A stretch of DNA of 64,000 nucleotides, taken from positions 2,046,001-2,110,000 of the forward strand of contig JAYWIR010000006.1 of NCBI GenBank assembly GCA_036172245.1, written 5' to 3'. The position numbers and the translations under genes were made by a program. The first letter of the stretch is position 1. The number at the start of each line of letters is the position of its first letter. The stretch is from Raillietiella orientalis. Lineage: Eukaryota. Below, in pieces: positions 62,160-64,000 of the stretch. The notes beneath the pieces were generated by a model. That model saw only the letters and a list, made by a program, of their open reading frames with translations. It was not told the origin of the DNA and did not search any database.

Positions 62160-64000
62160 TCCTGGACTTTGCCTGCCCCCTTCGAGAGCGCCCCTGACGC
62201 GTTTCAAAGCGTCCGAGAAAGAAAGGAGGTCTGGCTGCCTCCCTGCCAATGAGGGATGTTCAAGTGGCCTCCAAGAGTGTAGTTGCTGATGGCCGCGTGA
62301 TCTACAAATTAAGGAGATGATGCTTGTAGTTGAGACCTTGCGACTGTAGCTCGACAAAACAGGAGCCTTGAGGGAGGTTACCTCCAACATCAAATATGGC
62401 TTCGAGGTATACTGGATCCACAGATTGGGGCATCCTTCTATGACAAAAATGACCTCTACACCAGGGTCCAAGAAGAACCACACCAGGATTCCACCACCAG
62501 GGTCCAAGAAGAACTGGTACCAACCGATGATGATGTGGACGGAGGCTTTTTGAAAGTGATGCTGAATCCTCATGCGATTCCACAACCTTATACGCAAAAA
62601 ACAAGTTACACAGAACTTGCAGATGAAGATGAAGAAAAGGATGATCTTTGACCTGCTTTATTCTGCGTAAGAAACGCGTGCGCTCTCTTTGAATTTCCAG
62701 TTCTTTCGGAACATCGTCGTTCTTGGGATTACGGGATCCCAACTCCCTAACGATGGTCCCTCGAGTTGACTCTTGGGTTCCCGAGAGCACAAGAAGAGTT
62801 CGCCATTTGAAGACTTTCCTTCCTTCCTTCTTTGAGATTTCCTGGAGAATTCCACGTGATTTCGAATGGTCAGCTCGCGTCCAGGACAATGGCGAGATGA
62901 TTGTGCTTAAGACGAGGTCATGTCACAGTTGCAACCAGTGCAGCCGGATGACCATGATCTCCCACGTTCCCTGAGTTGTCTACTTAGTGCTGTCGATCAA
63001 GGACTCCTCCTACTGCCTCTGATGTGTAGCTGAAAGTCTTCTCGTCAGTATTTAATACGTGTGGCAGCATTTCATCCCATTTCTGACTTTGACAGCTAGA
63101 TGGATCTCTTGTCTCTTCCCTAATCGGTGATCAGATGGGCGGAAGATCGGATATTCTGCGTCCGCTCCGGACGGCGCGCTCTCCAAAGCAGCTGACAGTG
63201 CCTAGCCTGCAGCCCGGCTGCTCCTGAAGGATACTCCCTGAGCTTTTCCGTAGTTCTTCTTCTCTGAAGACCAGCCTTTCTCCTGCTGGGATGCTCGCAA
63301 CTCTGCATTGGATAGCAGAGGCGTGTCGTGGCGTGGGCTCGCTGTCGCAGCAGAGTCGTTCCTCCAGAATCACGAGAAGCCATCTCCATCGCTGCCTCCA
63401 CGATGAAGAGGGGTGAAGAGTCACAAGTGGACAGGAGAATGGAGGAGGATTTTTTGCTATCACAAACGGGACGTGGACCAAGATGTAGCGAAGCAACTCG
63501 TTGTTTCTTCCCACCCTTCCGTGTATTTTACGCATTTGTTTTTATGGAACAGGAAGGAGTTGTGCTCCGGGCACACAGCATGAAATGAGAGGAGGAATGG
63601 AATCAGAAGGCAGCAGTGAGGATGGCGGCGGTGACGGCGACGACTGCTATGGTCGCTCCCACACCGCCGTCTTCGCAGTCGATCTGAGTGTCCGCAGATC
63701 TTCTTGCAGGATCAGTCAGGATGTAGTTGGGAGAATGTCTCTTGCGTGCATTTGTGTAAGCGAACTCCTCCAGCGCGATCGAGTAGGAGGTCACGTGCTC
63801 CGAACCGCCCATCTTGAGATCTCGCGTGTCCTCGGATTCTCAAACAATCAGGTGCATTGCGTCAAACGGACCCTCTTGACATTCCGACCTCGTCATTCAC
63901 CCGCCTAAATAAGAATATCATTTTTCATCCACCTGGAAAAAATGGGAACTCTGGCGTTTGATGGAAAAAAGGGGACTGAAGACCAAGAAAGGAGCACCGG
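62160..64000 (-). mobile_element. Decayed RTE-like LINE ORF (APE endonuclease, linker, RT)
   Basis: In order: NYILTDPARRS and CGSDH (~63650, EN end); GDHGHPAAL (~G.DGIPAE); KKEG...KWRTLLVLS; RERTRFLR....KDHPF (~EEQ.GFR....DHIF); GNLPQGSC; FVDHAAI (~FADD). Confidence 0.75.

Noticed and set aside
62459..62514. 20-bp direct repeat with 36-bp period as a CRISPR-like array
   Set aside because: Only two units inside a LINE relic in eukaryotic DNA; a simple local duplication.
62880..63100. Gypsy RNase H/integrase (AVGGVL, LAIV, WDEMLPHVL)
   Set aside because: It lies between APE endonuclease (SDH) and non-LTR RT motifs in the correct order and is better explained as a LINE linker.

Overview
Eukaryotic, repeat-dense DNA. 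A degenerate (AACCT/CCTAA)n tract weakly suggests an arthropod. I can support no intact protein-coding gene, RNA gene or CRISPR array. The window is a transposon graveyard with at least 14 decayed non-LTR retrotransposon fragments (CR1/L2- and RTE-like; PHD-type ORF1, APE endonuclease and RT motifs readable through stops and frameshifts), two piggyBac transposase remnants and an intronless casein kinase 1-like pseudogene. From about 10.3 kb to 62 kb, roughly 20 diverged copies of one unidentified element lie on both strands. They share a ~160-aa reading frame (best copy 59171-59653; motif W.RF...L..P.....LL.RFF...L.....A.CC.R) followed by a conserved AATAAA + CCCG/CCGG hairpin motif. A 932-bp apparently perfect inverted duplication (18389-19320 / 36659-37590) stands out against the old, mutated background. 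All domain calls are by-eye motif matches and most boundaries are approximate.
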